64,000 nucleotides of DNA. Source: Rhina ancylostomus. Lineage: Eukaryota. The number at the start of each line of letters is the position of its first letter. Within the stretch, counting starts at the first letter, position 1. The notes under the pieces were generated by a model. That model was not told the origin of the DNA and did not search any database. It worked only from the letters and a program-made list of their open reading frames with translations. Positions 1 through 12,800 of this stretch are shown here, in pieces. Both the position numbers and the translations under genes were made by a program. The stretch covers positions 77,498,624-77,562,623 of the forward strand of contig JARFYF010000104.1 of the NCBI GenBank assembly GCA_030265395.1, in the 5' to 3' direction.

Positions 1-120
1 AGGGAGGGGGAGTGGGGCAAGGAGGGGAGGGGTGGGAGAGGGGGAAGGGGAGGGGGAAGGGTAAAGCTGGGGTAGGGAGGGGAAGGGGGTGAGGAGGGAG
101 GAGGGGGAGGGGAGAGAACG
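1..120 (+). repeat. G-rich polypurine low-complexity tract upstream of ZFAND5-like exon 1 (potential G-quadruplex)
   Basis: Almost only G and A, with many GGG to GGGGG runs separated by 1-3 nt. Confidence 0.6.
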
Positions 121-200
121 CGGCGACTCTCGCGCTCAGCAGCCAATCGGAGCACTCGCTGCTCTATGTGACGTCACCGGCATCTTTAAAAAAAAGAAAG
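121..200 (+). promoter_or_regulatory. Core/proximal promoter of ZFAND5-like gene (CCAAT box, full CRE, TATA-like element) in a CpG island
   Basis: AGCCAATCG (CCAAT at 143-147), palindromic GTGACGTCAC at 168-177 (CRE TGACGTCA) and TTTAAAA at 185-191. CpG-dense sequence runs from about 120 to 570. Confidence 0.7.
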
Positions 201-209
201 CGGCGAGCT

Positions 210-470
210 CTTCCGCCGGAGTGATTCGGAGCCGAGTGAGTGAGGAGGTTGATTCGTCCGCTTGCCTGCCGGAGAACGAGGGGTCTGAAGCCAGGAGGCC
301 GGGCGCAGAACCACAGGGCAGCAGTCGGCGTGAGGAGACCGGGCTGAGAACGAGGGTGGTGGGGGCAGAAGTGAGGAGGCCGGACGGAGAACGAGGGCGC
401 AGAGGCGGCTCGGGATACGGGCGACTGACCGGGCGGGTTGAGGGAGAGGTCGGGCTCGGCGGCGGGCGAG
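210..470 (+). other. ZFAND5: Non-coding first exon (5' UTR) of ZFAND5-like gene; start approximate
   Basis: CpG-rich segment downstream of the TATA-like element, ending in a consensus donor GAG|GTGAGT (GT at 471-472). The transcription start is inferred, not observed. Confidence 0.6.
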
Positions 471-574
471 GTGAGTGAACAAAGCGCGGCGGCCGGACCG
501 GGCCTGCTCCGTCTGCCCCGCTGGCGGGCGGGGAGGGGGAGGGGAGGGGTCTCTGTCGGGTACAGTGACCGGTG

Positions 575-790
575 ATGTTTCTTTTTTCCCCTCTTTTTCC
601 TCCCTCCCTCTCTTCTATCTCCCTTCCTCTCTCTTTCCATCTCTTTTCCACTCCCCCTTTCTATTTCTGCCTTCTATCTCTCTTCCATCCCCTTTCTCTT
701 TACTCTCTCCCCTTCTGTCCCTCTTCCCCCCCCCCACCAGCACTTTGTTCCCCCTTCTTTCTTTCTCTCTCTCCCCCCCCCCCCCCCATG
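575..790 (+). repeat. Polypyrimidine (CT-rich) low-complexity tract
   Basis: About 200 nt of nearly pure C/T, ending in a C homopolymer before an N gap. Confidence 0.7.
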
Positions 791-3700
791 AAGGGTGGAA
801 NNNNNNNNNNNNNNNNNNNNNNNNNNNNNNNNNNNNNNNNNNNNNNNNNNNNNNNNNNNNNNNNNNNNNNNNNNNNNNNNNNNNNNNNNNNNNNNNNNNN
901 NNNNNNNNNNNNNNNNNNNNNNNNNNNNNNNNNNNNNNNGGTGCTCCGTGTGGAGTGCGACTCGGGTGGAATTTGGCGACTTCCCTGTGGGGGGGGGTTG
1001 TACAGCGTGAGCCTGACGTGTGTGTGTGAGGGGGCCGGTGATTTGCTGTACTGGCTGAGGTGGGGTGTTTTCCACTCGCTTCTATTTTAAGTAACGCCGT
1101 CATGTGACGTTGCAGTCTGATACCGGAAATAATTTGGTTCTGAGAAGTGTTATTTTGAAGCGACTCTGTCCCCTTCCAGAAGATCAGGGAGGGGGTATTT
1201 TTAAGCTTGATGTGATGACGTGATCTTTGTCAAAGTTCACAAAATAACGAAATCGGCCATTCACTTTCTCCAGCTTACTCTGCCATTTAAATGATCGTGA
1301 CTCTTCTACCTCCATTTTCCTGTTATCCTCGCCCCAGTCTGTGTCTGAGCCTCCGCAGCCGCCCTAGGGTAGAGAATTCCAGATACTTCCTACCTTCTGA
1401 GAAAAGAGACTTCTCATTAAGTAGCCTAACGCTTGCTTTGAGATTACTTTCATGCTCTTCTAGGCTCCACAGCCAATTGAAATGATATTCCTGCATCTAC
1501 TTGTTGAACCTATGATAAACTTAGCATGTTTCAATCTGGTCACCCTTCATTCTATTCTGTAGAGTCTAACCTCTTCCTTTGCATAACTAAGTATCAGTCT
1601 AGAAACTTTTGCTACACCCTCAATTTGTTTGTATTTCTTGTAATGTTACACTTTGTAATTTTCCAGTTGTGGTAGGATAATGAATTGTAAAAGGATGCTG
1701 CTAACTATTGCAAGAGGATTTGAGAACCTAGGTGAATTTNNNNNNNNNNNNNNNNNNNNNNNNNNNNNNNNNNNNNNNNNNNNNNNNNNNNNNNNNNNNN
1801 NNNNNNNNNNNNNNNNNNNNNNNNNNNNNNNNNNNNNNNTGAGAACCTAGGTGAATTTATGTGCCTTCCTAATTGCTTGGTGTATCAATATGATGGCTTT
1901 CAGTGATTTGTAAGGATCCCTGAGTCCCTTAATATTTTCCAGGCTCACTCTTTTTAAAAAGAGTTATCCAGGAACTTTTTTCTCCACATTGTACTCCATC
2001 TACCATATTTCAGCCCACTCATTTGGCTTATGACATTTAAGCTGGTTTGAGTTACTGAATGCATTTTCATTACTCCCTTGATGGGCAGAACAAAATGGTT
2101 GAGACAACATGATCTACTTGACAATGTTACTGTCAGTAGCAATCTATATGAAGCTACTTCACTCTCTGCATAGTGAGAGCCATGCCACTAAGTGATTTTA
2201 ATTTTCCTTCACTGAGTTATGCAGGAGGAAATGTGAAATGTTATTAACTACTTCATGGAATCACAGATGGATTATATACAAAGATCTTTAATTTTGTTTA
2301 TTTTTAATGGCCATTGAATGGAGGGGCAAGATTCCATCCATCCTGCATAGACTCTTTCTGGTGTATTTCAGTAAATCCTTCCCTATTAACCCTGCAATTT
2401 TTTCCCCTTGTATATCTATGGAAGCAATTAAGTTCAGTTTTTACTAAGAATTTTCCTTGTCCCTAATTCTACCCAGTTACTTTTCAAATTGACTTGTTTC
2501 TCAGATTTTACTGAGTTTAATATGTTTGCATTATCTAGATGCTATAAGTATTAATTGTGTGTGTGTATATATTACAAGTCAGCTATGTGGTTCAGTTGAC
2601 TTTCTAATACTGCACAGCCTTGAGTACTCAATTTAGACAAACCTCATGGTAGTGGAGTGCTGTCAAGTCAGTACAATTGTTTAAGCATGACATCTGACTC
2701 TCTAGCTTTTATACAATAGGTCTAATGCACACTTGTAAGCAAGGTCTCCTTGATTCTGCCAAACTTCTAACATATCAGTGTACTCCCTCTGGCAAAATCT
2801 AACATGCTGCTCTTGTGTATCCAGTACTTGCATGTGCTGATGGCATCATTAAAAACAACCCAACCCTCAGAATTATTTGAAGCTTTTTAGGCAAGTGGCC
2901 CTGAATTTCATTTAGTGAATGAACTTTTAAACTTCTTTGTCCATATTTCTAAAAAGGCAAAGTGTTTAACTTGCATTACAAATCTAAATGAATGGTATAT
3001 TAAACTATTACTGAAGCCTAAAGTGCAAAGTTATATGATCAGCTGGACCCTATTTTGGGGTTTGAATACAGCTGTTTCAACAAACTTGACAATTGTAGCT
3101 CCCTTGATTTTTGCATTAAAGTTTAGCACTTTTCTAATCAATGCTAGTTGTTTCTGAATCTGCCAACTTTGTCCCCCCACATCCTACTAGATTTAATCTG
3201 TCAAGCCCAGTAAGAAATTGGTTTTAAATTGATTGCCCCTCATTCTTAAGCTGTTAAAATACAGTTCCAGTCTACTCCCATTCTTGCTGTCCTTAAACCA
3301 GGCTAGTAGCTCTTTAGTCCACTCCCTCTAGGTAAGTACATTCTGGGGTAAGGTAACCAAAACTAAAATACCCCAGGTTGTATCAGCAAGGCCCTACATA
3401 AGACTTGTCTTTGTGGCTAAATAAGTGAGCAATTTCAGGAAACACACTTTCTACCTTATCTACAAGGTAGAAAAGGATGCCTGAATGTGCAGCTGCTCCT
3501 GTTTCCTCTTCACACCACACCTGCCAAAAATCCTAGACTGAACCAGAGAACCCACTGGCTCCCAGGCTGTCAGTCAGGCAGGCACCTCCATTGCTGTCCC
3601 CTTCCCTATCCCCTCTGAATCCCTGATAATCCATGTCCTTCTACCCTACAATGAAGGCTGGGAGATTCCTTGCCACCAGCGGCATTGTAAAGACTAAATG

Positions 3701-6309
3701 GGTAGCCTGGGGGTCACCAGCTTGGTGAGCAGTTCGCAGTCTGCTGGTGAAAGGGGAAATGCTGGCAGTTACAATGATCCTGCCTGGTACATTGAGGCGC
3801 AACTACTCTAGGTGGGATGTTCAATAAAAATCCCAGTGTAGTCATCCAGATAAGGAAATTATCCTAGTCAACATTTGTCCTTTATGCATTAATGACATTG
3901 ATTAGTCTGCAACAATAACTACTTTGAAAGTATTTTCAGTGTCTTTGTATTAATGCACTGTGTTGTTTGCTTGTATGCTTCTACTAAACATTGTAAGCTT
4001 TCAAATATTGACCCTCTACATTTTGTTTTTGCCTCTGTATTGGGCATTGACCTGGCAACAGTTGCCACTAAAGTGTCCCATCCACTAAAGCAGTGGATTG
4101 TGAAAAACTTGTTTTGCTTACATTTTTCATGACTGCTTTTAGTACAGACTAGTGTTTCAGCAGATGATCATCTAGTATTGTGCACTTGAGTAACTACTAT
4201 GTTGGAGGGAAAGTAGTACTGTCATTGCTCTCTACTGTTGCAGCAGATGCAAATATGCAGTTGTCTTGAGTAGTGCTGCAATGCTTGAAATCCTGACTAT
4301 TCCTGAGGAAAGTGAATGGAATAAACTAGTTTCTATTTTCAGACTTATTTTAAGATCATTCAAATGATTTTGTTGTATGCCTAGATATTGGAATTCTCAA
4401 TACAAGAGATTTGTTTTAAACAATACCTGTCATAATTTCATACCATCACTTAAGGGCTTCTACTTGTAGAGTTGTCTTGAAAATTAGTTTTTCAAGTAAC
4501 TACCTTCATCAACAAGTCTTTTGCTCACTGTCCCTTGAGTGAAGCTGCAATGACCTCTGAGCTGAGTAGAATTAGACTAAAACTTGCTGCTGAAAAATGG
4601 CTTGATCTTGAACTGGCACAATTTTACAATCCACTTGGTCTGGCATTTTTGAATACATGGGATTGTAGCTAGTGTTAGTAGATTTGCACATCTGGAATCA
4701 GAATTTGGAAGTTGCTGGTTGTACTTTCCAAGATGATTGCTACAGTTGCATATCCATTGATCTACAGTTAACAGTGGAGCACAACTTTCAGGCTGAACCA
4801 CTTGGCCGCTTTGTGAAATGTTTTAACTATGCTTAAATTGTTTTAATGCATCTGTTTAGATTACTAATGAGTAACATTAGTAATTTTCTCTTCCTATGAA
4901 ATGGAGAGGTTTTGGATATTTAAAACCATCTTGTCAATTTAAATATTTTAATTTGCTCAAGCACAATACATGCATACCATTCCATCCCACTTTAATATTT
5001 TTGTCCCAACACCACTGTTCAAACCAGTACTAAAAAGGTTTTGGTCTAAACAGCAGCAGTCTGGCTTGTATTACAACCAGAAGACGTTTTCTATTTTAGT
5101 CTGCTGACTGCCAGTCATCACTTCAGCACCAGACTGGGTTTTCTGCTCTGTACATGTGATCAAGCAACTCTGCATCTGTCCCCAGCCCACACTTTGTGAT
5201 GCAAAACAACTGAGACATTGTTCTTAGAGCAATATCCAGGTGTTAGATTTGGGTGATTGAGATGAAGAAAAGTGAGGTATGGGTTAAGGGGTCTTGCTGT
5301 GCCATCTTGAAGAAAATGAAGATGCATATGCTGGCACTGTTCCTCAGACCAGGCAACATTGGGGGAGAGAAGTTAATCAATGATTAATCTTGCATCTGAT
5401 GGGGAATTGAAACTGAGGAATTTTGTATGCACAGCCATTTATGCTCATTTAGTCTGTTAAGTGAAAATCAAGATTGGTTTGCATTCTTCTAACTATTAAG
5501 ATGTGAGTGGTGTCCAGATTCCAAATATTACTCGAAGCAGGAAGAATTCTCGTTCTTTCCAGTTATGCCTCATAACACTTGCAAATTGTCTACAAGAGGC
5601 TGAAGTACATACGTGAAACTGCTTCCTGGTGCACTTTCAAGATGGGAAACTGTTTAACTGATTTTTGGCTGATCAAGATAAGTGTCAAATTGTATTGGGG
5701 GGGGGGGGAGGGTTTCCTGAAATATTGATTANNNNNNNNNNNNNNNNNNNNNNNNNNNNNNNNNNNNNNNNNNNNNNNNNNNNNNNNNNNNNNNNNNNNN
5801 NNNNNNNNNNNNNNNNNNNNNNNNNNNNNNNCCCCCCCCCCCCCCCCCCGGGGGTCCTGAAATCTTGATGAAGATGACTTAGCAAATCTACAAAATGCAA
5901 CTTTCATTTAACTTTGTTTTCTGAATGAGGAGACTTTTATTTTGAGTAACTTGGTAATTTGGGGGTAGCTATATCTGTCTTGATGGTTTTACTTTTACAC
6001 ACATTTCCTTGGTTTGATTTAAGATATTGTACCTTTTTTATTCCCATTCCTCAATGTGCCTTTCAATCAACAAAATATGATTAGGGAAATGTTGCCTTGA
6101 AATGAGATCTATATGTGAGACATCTAGATGGATAGATCAGAAATGGCTGTAAGCCAGGTCGGGCTTTTTAAATGTATGGATTTTAAATGACTGAATTGTA
6201 TGGATTCATAGTTCGTGTGATTCAGTTGCTTCCAAACTGTATTGAACTGGTTATATTGTGTCCTGTAGCCTGTACCTTGTGGATATTGGTCTCCAAGAAG
6301 ATTTCTTCA

Positions 6310-6490
6310 TACAATGGGGATATTTAAATTCTCCACACAGGGAAGCCTGTAGAGGCTCAGTCACTAAGTTCATTCAAAATTGCTGAATTTTTGACTGGGG
6401 CTAGTGCAGGATAATGCTGTTAAGGCAGAAAATCAGCCATGATCTTGATAAATGAAGGTGGGTAGTCTACTTGTGTTCTATTGCTGCAAG
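6310..6490 (+). mobile_element. Degenerate CR1-like LINE 3' end fragment
   Basis: Resembles the CR1 3' tail (gtagaggctcagtcactaagttcattcaa...aatcagccatgatctt); similar to the fragment at 20150-20440. Confidence 0.4.
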
Positions 6491-6649
6491 ACAAAAGGCA
6501 AGTGGCAAGGTTCTTGAACTTTGACATTCCAGTATTTTGCACCAGTCACTATATCATGCTCCAATATAAAATCAGAAATAATTGAGAACTAGTTATTAAA
6601 CATGATCTAGCCCATAATTAATAATCTGTTTTGTTCACAGTATACAAGT

Positions 6650-6800
6650 ATGGCTCAAGAAACTAATCAAACTCAAGTGCCTATGTTGTGCACTACTGGA
6701 TGTGGTTTTTATGGGAATCCTAGAACAAATGGAATGTGTTCAGTATGCTATAAGGAACACATACAAAGACAACAAAATGGTGGTCGAATGAGTCCTATAG
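6650..6800 (+). CDS. ZFAND5: ZFAND5-like coding exon 1 (A20 zinc finger)
   Basis: Acceptor ttttgttcacag at 6640, ATG at 6650, [50 protein letters not shown], donor G|GTAAGA at 6801. Confidence 0.95.
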
Positions 6801-9800
6801 GTAAGATGGTATCTGATTCTGTTTTTTTCCGCTCCAAGCACTGTTCTCCCTTCTAGAATAATTTTCTTGACAGTTGTTTTTGCATTAGCTTGAAGTCTGT
6901 TCCAAATACTGGACAAGTTGGAGAAAGATTGTTATAAAAAGATGCCCTTTAGTTATTGCTTGTATTGTTTTCCATCCCTTGATGCTCCAGTGCTTCCAGT
7001 GAAAGCCTGGGCAATCGTTCTTTTAAAAAAAACACTATAATGACAAGGGCTGTTTATTAACCTTATCAGTTTAATTCCTAATTTGGTTTGTGCAGAGAAA
7101 TTGACTGTTGGTATCTTTAAGCAATTGAGTTTATTGAATTTACCCTGCACCCCATCAAAAGGATGAATTCTCTATCTTTTGCAGTTTAATTTGGGGGGGG
7201 GGGGGAGAATCTAATTGGGCAATATTGGCCTAACAGAAGCAAATTTCCCTGGAAGAGCTTGAGTTACTTCTCTAAACCCACTAGATGTTGGCTGCCATGG
7301 GTGTGGAAGTGATCCTAAATTGAAACAATATGCTTAATTGTTTCTAGTGTAGTGAATCTGAATTTCACTTGTGGGTTCCCTTAACTGAAATTAGTGATTA
7401 TACAGATGGTTGCTTTTGGTTAGGCAAAATGGAGCATAACTTGTAAGCTGCTTTTTTTAGTACTTTGCTAGTGAGTCAATTTCTGAAATTGTTTTAAATT
7501 AACTAGAAAATTATGCAAGATGGGAAGTGGTTGACCAAAAGTCTATAAACTGACTTAAGATTCTGATCCTTGCATTAAACTTCACAAGAACAGTGGAATA
7601 GACTGAACCAAGTGGGGTGGGTGTTGTGAACTGTGATTACAGCAAAGTAAATGGAGGTGTTCAACAAACAAATGCCTCATTTGCATAATATAAGGGGTTG
7701 CATACTAAATTGAAAATACACATAAATCACTGGGCCTCAAACACTGCAGATCAGTGGGAAGAGGTAAAAGGGCAGGTAATAGTGCTCTAAGAAAATTGAT
7801 CATGAACCATAGTATTGTAGAGAAATCAATTACTTGGTGTACTGGGAGGGAAAGACTTAGTAATGCCAATAAGTGTGGAGATCAATTGGTGGTAAATGAA
7901 GTCAATAAAGCCCATTGTAGTTATCTGAAATGCAGGAATTTGAACAAACTCCATTTAAGGGTCCTGTTGACTTGTCACCCTTCTGTCCTCAGAAGCAGGA
8001 ATTTTCTGTTACATGTCAATAGCACTAAATAGAAAATGGCAGCCAAATATATTGGAGACTGGGAAAAGTGGTATTAAAATTCTCTTGTCTATTTTGTGTG
8101 ATATTAGAATGGTAGAGTTGTATCCTGAATGACATCAAGCCTTCAACTACTGAACCTGTTTAGCTTGGCTAAATAAATCTTGTGACTTTGTGTTTAGAAT
8201 GGTTGGAGGGGAGGTGGGCTCCTGTTTTTGGATGATATTTTGACCCTGAGTAAATGCAGGTCACTAATTTTCATTTTCAATTTTTAAAGGTGCATCAAGT
8301 ACTTCCAACAGCTCAGACTTTACTCAGGTGCAGAGAACAGAAAGCTTTAAATCAGAAGGTGCCTCTATCAGTACTACTGTCAAATCAAGGTAATTGCTAT
8401 ATGAGAATAAATCATGGCCTAATTGGTGGTTATAAATTAAAATGAAATGAACCTGAAATTGAGTGCCTCTTGGGATAACTGCACTACTTTAGTGATCTGA
8501 CTTCATGACCATAACTCTTAATGACAGTTTGACTCCCTTTTTCCTCCCCCCCCGCCCCCAACCTTGCTGAATGAAAAACCACCCAGTATTGCAGATTCAC
8601 TAGTGATTACTGTCTTAGTGCTATTGTTTTGCACATTGAATTTTGAATGACTTGAGTACAAGCTAAAGTATCCATTTGTAATTTTGTATCAAATTATTTT
8701 TAACACTTTTTGAAATGTGATTATAATATTAGCCTGGTTTACTAGAAGCTGGCTAGGTAGTTTATTCTATGAAGGATCCTGGTGGATCCAAGTGAATTGT
8801 TTTTAAAATTAAAAAAAAAATTATAGAGCAGTAAGCTATCATCTGAATTTGTCTATTCTAATTTGGGTCATTGTGACTAATTTAGTAATAATTGTTGTAT
8901 TTGAACTAGATTTGGACCTATTGTGCTCAATCTACCTTTTGGCAGCCACATGGGCCCACTCTGCATAAGCTTAACTATCAGGTGGCAGATCCAGAGGTCC
9001 TATCCTAATTACCTTTTGGACTTTGTGTGGCTGTCATGGTCTTTTAAACTCTTAACCATTTTTAAAAAAAACACTTCAGATGTTTTAAGTTGCTTTCTAG
9101 CACTAAGATTAAATACTTCCATTTTCCATGAAGGTTGGTGACTCCATTAAAATGAGGCAGCTTTACTCATTACACCTATTTCAACTGCAAACTTGAGGGA
9201 CTGCGCACACCCATCTCTCCACTCAGTATGTTTGTGCTCTGCCTCTGTTGCAATGCAGTTTCAAATGTTAAATATGCTGACCAATGTTGCAATTACTCAC
9301 TTTGAGCTACTGACTGAAGGTCAGCATGATCCAGCCTACTATGCAAGTTGGGTTAACTAAAATGAAGGCAATGGAACTGAGCTTGGTGGGATTAATCAAA
9401 TGAATGAAATTGATTGTAAAATGGCAGCTGCCTTATCTAGTGAGGTTCCATTCAGCTGGCAAAATGAACTACAGCAACTAGTTGTGAAAATAAGCACTAA
9501 AATTCAGTTTGAAAGAAATTCAGTGCTGGGCCATTTTAACCAAAAGCCCAAAGCTGTGGCAGTGTCCATGTATGGCTTGCAAAAAATTGTTTTGCTTAAA
9601 ACCAGTGTCAAAACTGAGTTTAATTGCCATTAATTTAAATCTTCTACCAACCATTGTATAAGTATTTAAGGATATTGCTGAAACCCTTCTGCTTGCTGTA
9701 GATACAAAGCAAAGGCTTCAGAGTTATGCAGTATCAAAACAGGCCATTCAACCTAACTGGTCCATGCTGACCAAGATACCCCATCCAAGCTTGTCACATT

Positions 9801-12800
9801 TGCCAGCATTTAGCCTATAACCACCTAAACCTTTCCAATCCATGTACCTGTCCAACTGTCTTTTACCTCCCTCAACCACTTGTGGCAGCTCATTCCACAT
9901 CGATACCACCCTTTGTTTATCTTAAAGTTGCCCCTCAAGTTCCTATTAAATATTCTCCCTCTCCTTAAACCTATACACTAGTTCTTGATTCCACAACCCT
10001 GGGGGAAAAAGACTGAATGCATTCACCCTATCTATGCCCCTCATGAATTTGTACTCTCTTAAGATCACCCCATCTCCTACTCTCCAAGGAATAAGTCCCA
10101 GTTTCAACCTCTCCCTATAACTCAGTCCCTCAAGTCCTGGCAATATCCTTGAATCTCTTCTGCACTTTCCAATTTAACATTCCTATAGCAGGGTAGCCAA
10201 AACCAAACACATTACTCTAAGTGCAGTCTCATCAGCATCCTGTACAAATGCACCATGACCTCTTAACTTTCACACTCAGTGCCCTGATTTATGAAGGCCA
10301 GTGTGCCAAAGCCACTTGTCACCCATCCCAATAGTCCAAAAATCTGAATCCCTGCCCCTACACCAATTTTTCAGCCATGCATTCATTTGCCATATCCTCC
10401 TAGCATGTGGCACTGGAAGGAATCAAGAGATTACTACCTTCATTCTGTTTTTTAACTCTTCCTTTGCTCCCTATAGTTGCTCTGCAGGACCTTTCTCTTC
10501 CCTTCCCATGTCATTTGTGCCAATGTGCACAATGTCTTCCAGCTGTTCACCCTCTCCCTTGAATGTTCTGCAACCACTTGGCCATCCTTGACCCTAGCAC
10601 CAGGAGGCAACACCATTCTNNNNNNNNNNNNNNNNNNNNNNNNNNNNNNNNNNNNNNNNNNNNNNNNNNNNNNNNNNNNNNNNNNNNNNNNNNNNNNNNN
10701 NNNNNNNNNNNNNNNNNNNNNNNNNNNNNNNNNNNNNNNNNNNNNNNNNNNNNNNNNNNNNNNNNNNNNNNNNNNNNNNNNNNNNNNNNNNNNNNNNNNN
10801 NNNNNNNNNNNNNNNNNNNNNNNNNNNAAGGGAATCCTGCATTCTACCTATTCCCTTTCCTGGTGGTCACACAACTAATTCCTGCCTATACCTTAAGTGT
10901 GTCTGAATCCAGCTCTTCAAAGTTTACCAGTGACTTCAGTGTCCTGATGAGGCTTTCTGTTCTTGACAGAAATGTGTCTGGTTCCGCCTTGCCTGTGACA
11001 CAGCAGATGACTGAAATGAGTATTTCCCGAGAGGAGAAAGAGACAGAAATTGAGGTAACAGAACCAGGTAAGCCAGTTTTAAGCATTGTATGCAGTACAA
11101 CATCTTGTTTTGCTATAACTTGGCCTGAACACATTCAATACCAATTTGAGAACTCTAACCTGATTCCAGTGAAGCTATTTATATTTTGGTTGACAGCAGT
11201 GTGCAACCAGGTTTTCCATTGCTCTTGCCCACTGAGTCTGGGGTCTGTAAAGGGACATAGCCCTCAGGAGAATTGAGGGACTTGTTTTCCCTCCTAGCTG
11301 TGTATTATCAGCAAAATCTAAGCATTCTAAATCATGGTCTAATTTGTCAACAGTTAAGATTCTAACATGCAGATGAGTCCAATCTGCTAATGTGGGCACC
11401 TGTTAGTCCTGCTCATTTATGAAGCAAGCTAATTTTGTTCAGTGGCTCAGAATGGCAATTACCAAGTACTTAATGACCTTCCTCCCACAAGGATGTGGGC
11501 ATCAAAATCCTGAGGGTCACCTAAAGTGGGGGAACTCTAAACCAGTCATAAATACTGTGTCAATATGGAAGTTGGTCAGCATTGTATTCTTCATCTGTAA
11601 AGCACAACTCAAGTGTGATGGAATATTCTCCACTTTCATAAATTAATGAAGCTCCAACAACTCTAAAAGCTTGACACCAGTAACAGCCATGCATTTGATA
11701 CCCCATTCATCATTCTAAACACTTTCTACTGCAATTGCACAGTGGGTGCAATAGGTACAATCTACAAAATAACATGCAGTTACTTGTCTGCTGACAGTTG
11801 CTCCCAAACCATGTTCATTTGTGAAGGGCAAGGACTTATGAGCCATGGAGCACTAGCTGTATGTTTACATCCAGTTGTACACATCCTAACCTGGAAGTTT
11901 TATTTATATACATATATATATATATAATGTGTATGTATGTCACTGGGCCTAAATCCTAGAACTACCTCTTCAACAGTATAGGTATAGCTTTGAGGATTAC
12001 TGTAGCAATTCAAGGTCAGTCCACTGTCACCATCTTGACAAGTTGAGGGTAGGCAATAAATCTGACCTTGCCAGTTTTGCCCAGGTCTCAAAGAATAAAT
12101 CCAGTTTGTACTAAGTGGTATTTTATATAAATGCAATTTTGCTGTTTACATTTTGTGAACTTTAAGCTTCTAGGAGCAATGACATCTAATTTGAACTATA
12201 TTATGGGAAATGTTTCAAACATGCATTGAATACCATGAGTGTTTATGATGCACCCAAGAGTTCTCACTAATATGAAACTGCAAATCAATGGTTAAATCAG
12301 AACAGCATAGATTGCAATTATTTGAAATGTACATGATTTAGTACAGAATTTTGCAACTTAATGCACCTACTTTGTACAGTTGTAGCTGAAGCTTCTGTAT
12401 CTGTACCTGGTACAATGTCAGGAGGAGAGGAAAAGCCTGTAGATGTTCCTCGACCAAAGAAAAACAGATGTTTCCAATGCAGGAAAAAAGTTGGTCTTAC
12501 AGGTGAGCCTTGTTAGTGTAAACTGAATGCATATTTTGCCAAATAGTGAAATTGGTGCTTCCACTGACCTCAATTGTTGCCTATTAAAATCAAATAGATT
12601 TTTAAAATAGATCCCAAAAGAACCTACAATTTTCTAACAATAGTATTCCTTTTGGTTAGCTTGCTTTCCATTCTCTAGATAGTTTTTTCACTTTAGTTCT
12701 ATCACTGCATGTAAACCTGAAGTATAACCAAACATGGTTGCCTTTTAATACCTTATACACAGGGATGGAAAGGGAATTTTTTGGGTAGAAATGTCCTCCT

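Noticed and set aside
89-1103. Several overlapping 100-180 aa ORFs on both strands at the window start
   Set aside because: They arise from GC-rich and low-complexity sequence and read through N gaps; no domain similarity.
1721-1858. Identical TGAGAACCTAGGTGAATTT on both sides of a 100-N gap
   Set aside because: Typical overlap of unmerged contig ends; an assembly artefact rather than a target-site duplication.
11055-11060. Possible alternative donor GAG|GTAACA inside coding exon 3
   Set aside because: Weaker than the CAG|GTAAGC 13 nt downstream and would shift the frame; no support from sequence alone.
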